From positions 17,980,001 through 18,044,000 of the forward strand of contig OZ365116.1 in the NCBI GenBank assembly GCA_977030845.1: DNA of 64,000 nt, given 5' to 3'. Positions 13,001 through 26,800 of the stretch are shown piece after piece. Both the position numbers and the translations under genes were made by a program. Position 1 is the first letter of the stretch. The number at the start of each line of letters is the position of its first letter. This stretch comes from Fimbriosthenelais zetlandica. Taxonomy: Eukaryota. The notes beneath the pieces were generated by a model. That model saw only the letters and a program-made list of their open reading frames with translations. It was not told where the DNA came from and ran no database searches.

Positions 13001-15849
13001 GATCGTTCACCCCTTTGTTCAAAACTATAAGGGTTTCTTTTATCGTCCTTTCACTTTCTTCCTTCTGGTCCATAACTGAGGCTTTTCATATTTTAGTTGA
13101 AAAGGAGGGACAGATGTACGGACAAGTAGCCTAAATGTAGGGGGATGGCAGGGTATGGAGACAAATAGGTGTAGAATATGGAATAGGAATTTGTTTGCAT
13201 ATGAACAGCGTGTAGGTGCTTTGATCGCGACCCCGTGATAGAATTATGATGTGACTTGTGTGTATCTTTTTTCATGGGGTCACGTGGGAGGCACGACCAC
13301 GTGTCCTATACACCGTAGCTATAGCTCGTCCATGTATAGCTTGTTTTACCCCCAGGTGTCAAAGACCACGTGGTCGGAGCGGTGAGAAAGTGTGGGGGTT
13401 GAGTTTCTCTTGGCTGGGGTGAGGCGCTACGGGGGATGTGAGCATTTTTGGACTGGTGCCTGTCACTTTTCCCGGGGGAAATATTATTGGTATGAAAGGA
13501 AATACACTCTTATCAATATTTAGATCTATATGTAATAGCTATAGACCATGCTGAGTATAGTGTCCCTATAGTGAGTGAAGTACATTAGTCTGCCTTTTGA
13601 TCGTGTAAAATGATTAAATTCGGCTCTGAAATAACTTAACCAAAGACTGAGAGTAAGTCGATTGGTGGGGTGTGGGTGTGCCGCGGTCTTTGTGTGGATA
13701 CTGAAAGGTAACACGGTATGTATGGCTTGCTCTGGCTTGCCGTTCATGCCCCCTGTGTGCCCACCTGGAGATTCAGCGCCCCCTTCCGCTTTCCCTTCTT
13801 TCTCCTCTTCCCACCTGGAGCCCCGTCCGTCCCGCCTCATAGGGGGCACCCCGTCAACTCACCTGCCGTAAATTGGCCTGAAAATAGGGTGGAGGGGGTT
13901 CACTGGGGCTGCCCCCTTCCTCCTTCCCACCTCTCTTTCTTCATGGAACCCTGCTGAGTGATTTAAGTCCCTTGTGCAGGTAAAATGTAAAGGTGTCTTG
14001 TAGGGAAGCAACACAACCCTTGATGCAAAGGTGTTGTGTAGAGTTGGGACTGGCCATGATATGCTGCAGGTATATACAGTTCTTTAGGGATGTACGCCCC
14101 AGAGATAGAACACTGCTTTGCTTGCAGCCCCCTGAAGATTGATTCAACAAACATCTAACAACAAAGCTGGAGAAAAATATAACACTAGGAATTTTGTGTT
14201 CAGTTCAAAGCTTTGAATTTCTCCTGCTTGGGTTCATTTGATAAATCACTATACTTCTAGATGTATTCATCACCCAATGAAATAACTTAAACAGGACATG
14301 GTTATGAAGGGTATATCTGCTTAGCCTGAGTATAGGACAAGCAATGTGCAGACTTTTAAACCATTAACTATGCGCAAAAGATTTCCTTGATCTTACATTC
14401 TTGAACAAAATACAGAGTACAGAGTTGTAGGCCATAGTTAGAACATACCTGACCCCAGTCAATGTATGTCATAAAGAGAAAACTGATCTATGAAAACAGG
14501 GCAAAGGCCATGAGGCTAAAGAAGTTGAAACTAGAGAGAATAGAGCAGGGCTATTGAAAGAGTTGATGTATGAATGCGTTTAAGAGTTCCCACGGGAGGT
14601 GGACATTTAACACTCCTATCATGTATTTAATAAAGACGTAGTGGTAGACAGGTACTCATCATGAGGGTAAATATATAGACACCTGTCACCATGTGTATGG
14701 ATGGTCCAGGCCTTTACACTCATTCCTCACTTTACTTTACTGGCCTTGATTTCAATTAAAGACATTTTAAAGGCCTTTTATTCTCAACAAGTAACTCTTG
14801 GTCCTTTTAAGATTAAGGTGTCTCTGTAATAAGGTAACTTTGACCTATGTTAAGTTAGACGAATGAACATCAAAGACCAGACTGTTATAGCAGTTTTCAT
14901 TACAACATTTTACCAGCATTTCAGCTGAGTCTATTGTCTGCCGCCCCAGGTACTTCTCATTGATATAGGCCCATACCGGAGTCCTCTATAAGCCTGATCG
15001 TGTTTGTTTTCAATAAATCTTCCTTTGTGCCCAAAGCTGCTGATTTTGGGCAAGCCAACCAGCAGAAGCTATTGAGGTGACAGACGGAAATTTGTGAACC
15101 GCCTGCAGTGTAATTTGGTCAATTATCGTAACTCGATCCTCTGCGTCAACCAAGATGTCCGGGTGTCCTTCTCCCAGCCCTGGCCCCAGGCCCCCAGGGG
15201 GCTCAACAGAGGAATATTTTAGTTCCAAACGAGTAGGCTCCTTTCAGGCGGTCAAAGAGACTGCAGATGGGCTAGGGCTAGATCTGTGGGAACGGTGGGT
15301 ACTTGAACGACCGTGGTTCACTAGGGTAAAATATGGTTTACGATAAAGATCAGTAACCTTATTGTGTTTAGTCTAGATAAGCTTTGGAAAGTAAACACAA
15401 AGTGAGTTCAAATGTTGCAGGCATTGGTATATGGGTGTCTGGTTTCCAAAGTATTTACAAAATGGGACTATATTTTTGCAAAAGACATGACTATAACTCG
15501 GCCATCGCAGCAATGGCATTGTTTCATTCCATTTTGGACTTGAATCTGTGGTGTTTGACATATTGTTTCTATCATGATCTCGTATCCCCTCTTCTATCTC
15601 TTCTCTCATACTCCATTCAGCCTCAGAGTCAGACATGCTAACTATGGCGGGTGTAATGGCCAGGTCAGCCTATCCCATGACATGCAAATCATATGAGTCG
15701 ATAAGAATAGTTGTGATAAACTGCTGCTAGGTGTGTAGTACATCATAGACTGTTGACAGGTGTTAAACCACGTGTGGTCTTCCTTCCTCCCATCCTCTCT
15801 ATATGATGCCATGTATATAGAGCCATGTCCCATCCCTCTTCCCCTCCCT

Positions 15850-15880
15850 CATCACCTCCCCTCCCCCATCACCTCCCCTC
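15850..15880. repeat. Direct repeat CATCACCTCCCCTC x2 in a pyrimidine-rich tract
   Basis: Copies at 15850-15863 and 15867-15880. Confidence 0.8.
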
Positions 15881-18800
15881 ATTTTTCTATTTTTCATCAG
15901 GTGCCAATTACCATAGTTTCATCACAACCATTTATTAAGCACTCCTCCCTTCATAATCAGAATGCAGTGTGGATACATTTTTCTAACATTCTCACTTGTT
16001 GTAATCGCTGTTCTGCCTGCTCAGGGAATGAAGTCATCTCACTTTCCACTGATGCTGAAAAAATTACTAAAGCTTTATATACAAAAATTGGTGATTGAAC
16101 TTCACAGGAAGCAGACTTGTTATTTCGCCTAGATAATTGATGGATTTAAGTGGTTTTTACAAGCAATGTTTTATCCATCAGTTTTCATTAATCCTTGAAT
16201 GGCTTGTAGGATAGAAAGTCAGTGTTGTATTACCTGGCGGATAATGCTTACACAATACTTACTGTGTACTCTCTCCGGATGAGCTTTAAATAGAGAAAGT
16301 GGCGATCGAAGTCTCTTTTATTACAATGACAAAGAACTTTGTTGTCACTGCCCCAGCTTTCTTTGCTGAAGGGAATAGGATTTTTGTTGAGGGATCAGGG
16401 ATGGCTGGATGTAAGGCGATTCCAGCCAGAAGAAGCCCTTCTCTGGTAGGGTCTAGACCACACAATGGAGGGCTTGCTGGTTGCTTTGTTAAGGCTGAGA
16501 TAGGGCTTATCTTCAGCATTGCACGGGCACACCTGTTGTGTTGTGGATCAGGTGTTATGTATGGGCTATCTGTATGTCTATTGTCCATATAGGGAGGGAT
16601 AGAGGGAGAGAGAGATGGGGAGTGAGAGACGGTATAGAGAGCCAATGGATTAGATACTGGGGTATCATTAAATTGATTTCATGTTCAACCTTGGAAGCTT
16701 CAATGATTTTCCGATGTCCTTAGCCACTTTTAAACTTCCGGCGATTCACTATTTCCTAGATCACTGCCCCTTGTGCAAATTCTTAATTGTTCTCTACATC
16801 ATTAGCTCGAACACCCACATTGATAATATATTATTTTTACTTGCCAGAAGTAGAATAATTTCTGGAATAAAAAAATGCTAATTGCTTTCTCGGCGGCTGA
16901 TTGAATTTGCCATTGTTTTGTGTGAGGACAATCATTTACCCGCCATGCTTCTGGGCGATCGTAGCACCCAAGGCTCGAATTGGTTTCAGAAAAATCAGAT
17001 TTTGTTGATAGGTGACCCTGGTGTTACAACGGCAGATGGGATCGGTTTTAATTTTCCAATTTGAATTTCAAATTAATCCGCTGATTATTTTATAGGGGCT
17101 GTCTGAAATGTGAGGAGAGTCGATTTCTGCCGACGGCTGCTGCCTTTTGGCAAACTATAGTATCTCAGTGGCTAGTGAATGTGTGTGATTTTGTGGGAGG
17201 ACAGTGATATGTGTCACATGTACATCAGTAGTTACACACGGACGTTTTGTGTCATTCATGTCATGTACGGAGTGAAACACATCCCTGACACACACTCACT
17301 TACTCTCTACATCCGTGTGTTATTTTACATTTTCTTTTTAGAACGAACGTCGATGGTGACTTTCCGTTATCAACATTCTGGTTGATACTGCATGTGTGCC
17401 CCCTATTCTATCTCATTGCAAATTTATGCTCTAAACAGTATTAGCATATCCAAATATCCATTTCTATTTGCTTCCCCGGCCAAAGAATAGTGTCAAATTT
17501 ATCGATTATGCGCTTACTGAAGACTCAAAAAGGAGGATATGGCAAGGGGCAAACCCTAGTCTGAAAGGTTCTTTAGTCTTGGTATTATTTTGTCTTCTTT
17601 GGGGGAATCTCTTGAGAGATTCAGATTACAGTGTGAGTGTGTATAGATCAGCCCACTTGTCCTTTTAATCCCCACTTCACAAGCAAACAGTGGATGGCTA
17701 CTTGAAGTTGGCATTCCACTGATGTCACTATGGATGTTTTGCCTTAGTGGTTAAGTCAAGTCTGAGTACCGGGTGATATTGCATCCTTCAGTGGAGGCTG
17801 ATGGGGATTTTTGTTCATTATGGCACCTTCTTCTATACAGAATTCTCCCTCCATGTTTAAAGTGGTATAAAACCAAATTTAAAATATCAATGCCTTAAGA
17901 TATACATAGAATATTTCTACTAGAAAATGACTTTCATACGACATATTTAGCTCCCAGTGCTGACACATGCCTTTAATAATTCATACCTTATTTTATGGGC
18001 AAAGTGGGGGTCTGCTTCCCCAACTAACTCCTAATCTAGGCGCCTATTTACCTCTAACTTCATGTGAATACAATTAAAGTGTTTACCTTGAAAGTCTGGT
18101 TAAGTTAAACCATCTGAGATGAAGTATTCACAGCCTTCAATTCATGTTAATATCAGTTCTTTGTGGTGCCTCTATTGGCGGGGAACCAAGTGTATTTATG
18201 TCTTTCCACTTCGCCTGATAGGGCATCATATTAACAGAAACACATGCCCTCTTCACGTTTTTCAAGACATGATTTACTCCCTAACTTTCTTTGCTTTGAT
18301 ACTTCATTGAGCAAATCAAATGAATCTGGTTATTCTCATTTCTTTGGTCATATATACATAGAAATGAATGTTGTTATCGACGTTGGCATTTATATTAATT
18401 TAATTATTTTGTCGTCCTGCTAGCCTTTGTCAAGTAAAGCCTGACATTTATTTGTGGAAGACAATGAACAAAAGGACAGGGAGTTCTGTAACCTTCTGAT
18501 GTTTGCTCGAAAAACCCCACGAGTAGACATGTTTGTTCATTCAAATGTCCAAAACCGAGGCCACATTGTGTCTGACATTGGAGCTGACCTGTTGGCCGAG
18601 GGTGTCTGGTTGCCACAACTGCATTAATTCACTATTTTATTGATCTGTGGTGGCATGAAATAACACTCTTTCCGGGGAAATCCATCAGATCCCGCATAAT
18701 AAAGAAAATTAAACACACTTAAACAATGAAGGGTTTTTGTGGCAAAAGGGATTTAGATTTCATGACGGTTCACCGAATAACAGTTGACACATGAATGTGA

Positions 18801-20864
18801 GGAACATGTAGTCCTTATGTACAGAAAATGATGTGAAGAGTCACGCCAGCAGGCCTTGAAAACAATTTCCTTCTTCCAATGACGCTGATGAAAAAATCTA
18901 AACATTTGGAAACATTTCATCCAGATGTGTTCAGATGGCTTCCACAGGGGAACCACATCCGTTTTAATGCTATGTTCACCTTTTTACGTCAGGTTCTCCC
19001 GGCCAAAGCGCTTTATACATTACTCTTACACCTACAGATTTTGCCATGAATTTTTTCTGCATCCCTGTATTTCAGGATGTGACACAAACGATTAATTTGT
19101 CAGTACATAACGTGAACATGGTTACACCTTCCTTTACACCTTCACTTGGTGAATCATGGCTTTCACGTGTGAATTCATTACTCCACAGATAGGAGAAACT
19201 CTCACTGCATCTGGGGTTATCAAACATTGTCCAAAATTATTAAAAGATGAGAACCTCATAAGTATATGGAGTAATATAGAAGTTGCTCGTGTTTTATTGG
19301 ACTCGGTGAATGATGTGACAGAGCCAGGTGCTGTTCTCTACCTGAATGTTTAGTAACGCGAGGAGTGGAAGGATTTTAGTGGAACATAAATAATATTTTA
19401 ATGAGTATGTTGATATGATATTGGATGCTTACCCTTCCTGTCCTAACAGCTGTCCTGACAACTTCGCACATTATTTTCCACTCTCCATCAACCTATCATA
19501 TGCCTCTTTTCTTTGAATACCTTTCACATCCTGTCGCGATCAACTTTCAAGAACACAACCAGAGATCATATAGGGTCTTTGACATAACTTGTCCAAAATG
19601 AAAATGTTTTACAAGAAACATTCAGTACGAATTTCTCAGTAGTTCAAAAACTTTCTTTTGGGACTGGTGTTTGTTCTCTGTCTTCCGCTTGCGAAAGCTT
19701 TGATTTTGACCTGCCAAACGGAGGAAACCGAAATGACAAATAAGCCCACCTCTCTGCTCATTACTCCAGGGCCTGGCGGCTGGTTCTCCTGTGTACTAAC
19801 CTCCTCCAGGGCCCTTGCCTTCTGGAGGACAAAAAGGAAAAGGAGGAGAGGAAGGGTCTTGTTTTGACTAGCTTCCCCATGTTGTTGTTGGTCGTTCAAC
19901 TTGAAATTCCCCCCACTGTTTGAGACCAGATTCCTGTCAGAAACCTCGTGAACATACTCGGTGGATTCTGGTTGTTACTTAGGGGCATTCCATTATCGTA
20001 TTCCTTTATGGTCTTAAAGGGACTTTTTTTTAACTTTGAATGTTCATTATTTAAAAGCCAGACTTTTGAGAGGAACCTACATGCATGAAGTTAATGAAGT
20101 CAATCCATCTTGCACGAAGTATACACGGGGTCTGCTTGTTTTTGTTGGGTAATTTCTCTTGATTCATGAAGTTTCTTTTTGCAATGCTTTGACCTTATAA
20201 AAAGGGGTCTGACCCATATGCCACCAGGTGCAATAGTTGATCATGGTGGGCGCGTCTTTAAAGTGGGCAGGGGAAGGAGAGGAAGAGCTTGGGACCTATC
20301 CCAGCATGGCCTCCAAGGCCTTGTAACGAGCTTAGCATATGCTCACACATGTAGCTCACCGACCAGTCGATGAGAAGCTCATTCCACTCGTGTAATGGAA
20401 AAGTCATTAGTGGTAAGACTACCTCCTTGTGCATACCAAGGTTTTAGTAAAGGACATGGGTGCATACATCTCCCGCGACTTGGGAGTGAGAAGATTACTG
20501 TCGGCTTTATGTGAGAAACTGTGAACCCTACAGCCCTGTATTAATTACGGAGTTAAAACAATTAGATTTGATTTCTCATTTCTTATATTTTCGAGCAAAT
20601 TCCTCTATCACAAGTTATATCTATTATAATTTGCACCTCTTGACCTTTATAATTGGTGTCGGTATATCTAGTAACGTTTAATATACTCTGACCTCATTAA
20701 CCTATGTATAATGGACTGCTCACTGATATAGCAGACATAAACCTGGTTGAGGGGCAAGGTATGCAGGTAATGTCTAATGGTGTAGAATACCAAACCCTCC
20801 AGCTTTAGACTAACTCCAGTTATAAGGCCCTGTACTTTTGCCACTTTATGTTTAGAGCAGGGGA

Positions 20865-20882
20865 GAGGAAGAGGAAGAGGAA
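20865..20882. repeat. (GAGGAA)3 short tandem repeat
   Basis: Read directly from the sequence. Confidence 0.8.
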
Positions 20883-23800
20883 GTGGAGAGATTTGATATC
20901 GCCCTATCCCATGCTTTCTCTCGTATATTAGACTTTACCAGATAATATGATGCTGTATGTAATGTATTAAGCCGAATCTCTCATAAGAACAGGCCTGGGT
21001 AAGAGGATTACATTTGAACTAGACTGGAAGATAAGAATAGGACAGAACCAAGAAGGAAACTAATCAAGAACATCCAAAGAATCTCCCTCATGGCCTGTTG
21101 GTTTGCATTTGTGAAATGCCTCCTCGCCCCTCCGCTAATCCAAGGCAATTGCCCGCCGAACCCTCGACCCTGGAGACAATTTCACGCCGATGTACCTCCA
21201 GGAATGGCTTATGTTAGTCTGGTCCGCCTAGGGGATTGCCATTGCCCTGCAAACATGTGTATATTTATATGATGAGGGCTTTTTAGAGAGGGAGGCGGAC
21301 TTAATGAAGGGGTAAAGACTGGTTATTGAGACATTCCCCCTCAGGGGGTAAAGTAGAACCAGCCATGCATGTCTGACGTCCTATCACTGACTATACCCAC
21401 GGGTAATTACTCCTAGAAACAAGTCTAAAGATGATAGGTCCGCCTACAATGCTCGCAAGCCACGTACATATTAAACCAACTAACATATCGGTCCTTCCTC
21501 TCAAAGTTGATCTAAAATTTTAAATCAATTAAAAAAGACAACAATTTAACAGGACCAAGGCATTTGCCAATCGATATCCAAAGATTAAGACCTTTACTTT
21601 AATATACGATTTATAAATCGTTTTTTTTTAAGTTATCAGTTGAGGTGATGGTGATAAACTGGCTTGGTGTGGCCCTCATTTGATGGCAGTGGACGGGGTG
21701 CGGGCAGACAAGCATTCAGACATTGACTGAGCAGACCCGTAGTTTGTGGAGAAGACTGGTTATTGGACTTGATTACAGGCCGCCAGTGCTCGATAAATAC
21801 ATGCCTGTATGAAGGTTCACGGAGGAAGATGGATATGATTTCAAATTGCGAGTAGCTTCACTTCTTCAAGGCTCTATACTCTTGCCAGCTGACTGAGTAT
21901 GGCGACTCTTCCCTATTTGCCTCAAGGGGGGAATTTGCCTTACTGTTTGGAGGTCAAACCCACGGTCAATGAGAGCTGTTTGCAGCTTCTCTGATCAAAG
22001 AACACAGTGTTTCCTATTTTGCTGCTTTCTAAGTTGGAAATAAAAGTGTTTCAATGATCGGCATTTCCCTTTTTATCCACAATCAATTGCATTTCTTATG
22101 ATGAATGGCGCAATATGAAATGCAAGGCCCTGAAATTACCACTGAATTTATAGGCCTTAGGAACCAGTGGCTCCATGTGTCACATAAGAAGTATGACAGT
22201 TTCAAAAACAAAGGACGACGTCTGACACGAGTGGTCCTTCTCACAGAAACTTAAACTATAGAAACATCTTGCACACAGACACACGTCATGTTGGCCATTT
22301 ATCAACGCTGCCTTTGTCGGTGGGTCATTCTAGAAACCCTAAACCCTGGTCGTGCCTTGTGTCTCGTGCCTGCAGGTACAACACTAGGATTTATATTCAT
22401 GTTTTCTCCAAATGTTTCACATTAGAACTGTTCCCCTTATAGCCGCGATCCCCTTTCAAGTTGCGAGGGTTCATGGAGAGTTGTTGGGCCTGGAAAAGGT
22501 CCTGAGGGCAGTATACATGTGTGAACGTGCATATAAATGCCCTATTTCTTGTTCATTTGCAATTAAAGTTCTAACTTTTTCCTACCAAAAAAGTTCAGGT
22601 TGTCCTCCAGATTGTTCACTTCTATCGTGAATAGATTAATGCTTCCCCACACACGGTTCACACCGGTCCAAGGTGTGTTTTAAGACCATGTAACATGTGA
22701 ATTCTCTCTGCTAGGTGATGGGGGATCCAGAGTGGATCCACATGCAACAAAGTGGTGTGTGACCTTTTGCCTGGCACTATACTATTCCCACACCAAACTG
22801 AATATAGCCCCTAGACTTGCTTATATCACTATTTCTAATACTTCCTTTTCCGAATCAGATGCTCTCTCCTATCAGTTTTATCAGTTTATATCAAGACAAG
22901 GGGTTGATGACTAGTCTAAAGATTACCCTTTCGCAAAGGATTTCAGTGAGGTAAAATGGGTGGAACCCATTTCTCGGTCTTTGCTCTCCCACGGATTGAA
23001 ATGTAAATAAAGTTAAAGGATCTGACTATGATATATCCAATTATTCTCAGAGAAAGATTCATTTACTCGTGCTGTTCGCCTAAGAATACCCACCAGTTGG
23101 TTCCACCAGTTGAACCTGTGTTGCCCCGGGGACTGGCCTCCCTTTGACCATCGGGTCATGCGCACTGAACATCCTAATAGATGCTGACAAACATAACGAA
23201 GGAGACATGTGTTTTGTGGTTCCTCTGTCTCAACCCATCATCGCTCTATCTTAATGAAACTGATTGACCCCAGCCCCACAGGGACCGCGAGATTACCGCG
23301 AGGAATCGCGTGATCAAATATGGCTGACGGGACCCAGCACATGGCCCTTCACGTCATGGATGGGTGCTTCCCGGGTTACAGGGAGAGAATCAATCTGCTT
23401 CACGAAATAACTTGATGTGAACAAATATATTAGAGTGAACATTAAGATAGGATGTTAATTACAGGGTTTAAAGTGTTCTGTCTTTAATCTTGCAGTAAGA
23501 TTTTTAAAATCTCGGAGTTCATTGCCGAGGGCCCCTTTAAGAAATTCTCAGTCCTTCAGACCTTGGGAAATCCATCTGGAGAAACGCCCAAAGAGCACCA
23601 GACCAGCGACTTGTTTTTGGACGCAGAGCGCGTTTATTTGAAGAAATGGAATCCTGTGCATATTTGCAATATTCTGCAGTTTGCGGAATTTGTATGGGCT
23701 CCAGCGTTTTTACCCCTCTGCTCTAGTGAAGTGGGCACATTGAGAGGCCACAGTAGGGCCACTCTCCATCTATGCCTTCTATTCAAGAGGATCGGGTTCA

Positions 23801-26800
23801 TATGATCACCTAGCAAGTACATCCATTTAACAAGTTGCATAATCAACTTCACGAGTCGCTGCTTCCCTGGGGGATTCTAAACAGATAAAGTCTCAATAAG
23901 CACCCAAGAATATCTCTGACAATTTACATGAATTCCTCGAAACCCCGATAAATTGGGGGGATAATTCTGAAAGGAACGGACTTCTGAGTGATTTTTCAAC
24001 AATATTTTACCTGGTTTTTGTGCTGTGGAAAAAGTATAGTCATGGAAAGGGGTGGGGGTTCCAATGGCAGTCCTTTGAAGGGCAGTCTGCGATGGCTTTA
24101 TAAAGCATTGTATAGGGGAGGTGGAGTTGGATTTCCTACAGACACGGGGTATTTTGTAGGAGGGGGTTGAGAGAGGGCCTGTGATATCTCGCTCCGTGTA
24201 CTTATAGCATTGTACCATGTTGAGATCTGATTGCGTGGTAAACAAACATGACCACTGCTTATGTAGTGAGGAGTGTCTGGTATTTGTAGCCCTCTCTTTG
24301 GTGATGTACATCTGATGATGAAGTTCTATACCATGTTCTCAACTTGAAGCCCACCATTTTATGTCTCTTTGCCATGCTCTTGCAAGGGTGGGGCTATATT
24401 TCTTCATATTACATGATGCAGATCTCAGCTTCTACCTAAGTATTGGATTTTAATGAAATTTTAATTCCTTTGAAATCACCGCGACTTGTCTCTTAAGTAA
24501 TTTTAAAGCATGGGGTGTGTCATATATTGCCTTGATTTTAATTGTCAAGATTTTCCATCAGGAAAATGAATGGAAAGGCACTGTCTTTTCATTAACTCTA
24601 TACAAGACTCATACTTTGTTCATAATACTGGTGAATACAGCTCAGATGGAGGTACAGATGATGGAATCATGTGTATTGTCCCGCTTTTCTCTGTTTTGTA
24701 TGAACAACTGATAAGGAGGTTCCTCTGCCTGTTATAGCGCCCCATTGTCACCCTATTATCGCTCATTCCAAACCAGTGTCGCCCTCAAGTGTTGCTTGTT
24801 GACAAGACATGACTGACATAAAGCCTGGCCTGGCCTTCTCCTCGCACACTGCACGTTAGACAGTCATATTTTGGAGTGGGTGGGTGGGGGTAGGTGCAAT
24901 TCCATCAATGTCAGAATGGACAGGGGAATCCGCCCCATCATGGGATGTTTTCAGTGGGACCCTGGTCTGTGAACCTCTGCCACATGGCACAAAGCATTCT
25001 GATGTAAGCTTGTCTTCAAGATTTCCTCCGAAACTGTCCTGCCAACGTCCCTCCAAAAAAGAGACAGAATGAGGAGTGAGCGAGAGAGTCAGACAGAGAA
25101 AGATACCAGTAAATTCCAAAGGCCGTGCATGAATATGAAGGCAGTGAAAGCCATGGGAGATGAGTGGATCCGTGTGATGTCTTGATGATAGGCTTAGGCT
25201 GTGATCTCTCCCTTCTCAGTCTTATTTGCCGGATTGGGACACTATTACATCTTGACCTTTGTTTGATTATGCTTTATATATAGAAAGGAGATTGTGTAGA
25301 GGAATTTCAAAGGAGGTCATGTTTTATTTAAACAAAATGCAGGTCGAAATCCTATCTGTTGTAGAAAAGGTATCAATACTGGATAATTTTAATACAACAT
25401 GGCTGAAGGTCTTCTTATTTCTGTTAAATGACAAAAATATCTGGCAGTGGCCCAAAACCATTGTACTCAACATGTTCCAATGAACTGTGACATTCAGTGC
25501 ACTGAATGCATCATTGATGGATAGCTGAAGACCCACAATATCAATGATTCAATGTTATGTCAGGCATTTTGAAAAGTTCAAAATGTGTTATTGGCACTTG
25601 GTGAAAAGCATGTAATTTAACGAGCGGATGTAGTCTGATACTGAGAGGCTATTTTCTATAGCTATTCACTGTACCTTTGTCCAGAACATTGCTACAGCAT
25701 ATCCAACAATTAAAGCCTTGCTGTCAATGCGATAACAGAGCTTTATGGTGAAGAATGCAAGCTAAGAATGACTCATGCTATTTGAATTGTACAGGATCAT
25801 AAATCATTAAATGCTCGCTGACTCTGGTGACAGGTTCCACTTTATTCATTCCCTGAATAATTTCACGAATAATGTGGTAGACATGCATGTTGATTCCGTT
25901 CCAAATCCACTATTACACCATAGCATTATCCATTATACCTATTTGCATAAAGCTTATTGATACCTTTCCTGTAGCCACCCAATTTCAGGGAAGTTATATG
26001 TACATAATCGTCGATTCACCACCTTGACTTTTCCCACTCACCCAGATCTTCTCACTTTACATTCTATCAGTGTTGAGTGAGAGTGAGAGAGTGGGAGAAG
26101 CCTATGATATTGGGAGCTAAATAGTGGATATTACATGCCTACAGTCAATAGTCGTCTCGTGTCGGTACATACCTGGAACACTCCAGGGCAAACACTCACC
26201 TGTGGCGGCCCGCCTTTCATCCTCTAATCACTCCTCCACCATTTTATCCCTGTACAAACAGAGCCCGGTGAGGGGAGGCTGAGAGCTGTGCTGATTGCAT
26301 CAAGGAGGGTTATTGCTTTCCTTAAGAAAAACCCTGATTAAACTCCCATGGGCGTGGGTTGTAACTCAAGTGTAAGTGAGAGGTGGTTTGTGGAGCGGTC
26401 TATTCTTAATCTTCTTACAACATGCCTTATACAATTAATCTCAGTCACCCTCATCTCTCACTTCTAACTGTATTTCCATGAAGCAGTCTCTTCATGTAGT
26501 TACTAATATCTGACCATGTTTTAACATCTCACTCGAGCCTGAATCACACCTCGTCTCACCAATGCCAACCACCACATCTTAATTTGGGGAATTACTTTCC
26601 GTAATCAACCTTTATCTCATTATGGTAGATTACTCACGTCCTCAATTGGCAGCAATCATGTTAATCATGCCACATTGCTTTCATCCTTCATTGCGACCCC
26701 AACCGAGATGAGCCTTATTCTATAGCTCACTGCTCCCTTTTCCTCAATAACCTGTTACTTTTCATAGTCCTTTTCAACATCAAGCTTTCTATTACGTATT

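Noticed and set aside
15105-15200. Minus-strand HPDILVDAEDRVTIIDQIT resembling the PD..D restriction-like endonuclease motif of R2-type retrotransposons
   Set aside because: There is no upstream CCHC knuckle, no RT motifs nearby and no following conserved Lys motif. The similarity is too short to support.
18990-19035. AAAGCGCTTTATACATTAC resembling the reverse complement of a common SINE/LINE 3' tail
   Set aside because: The motif is isolated, with no tRNA head or recognisable body, and no second copy was seen in the window.
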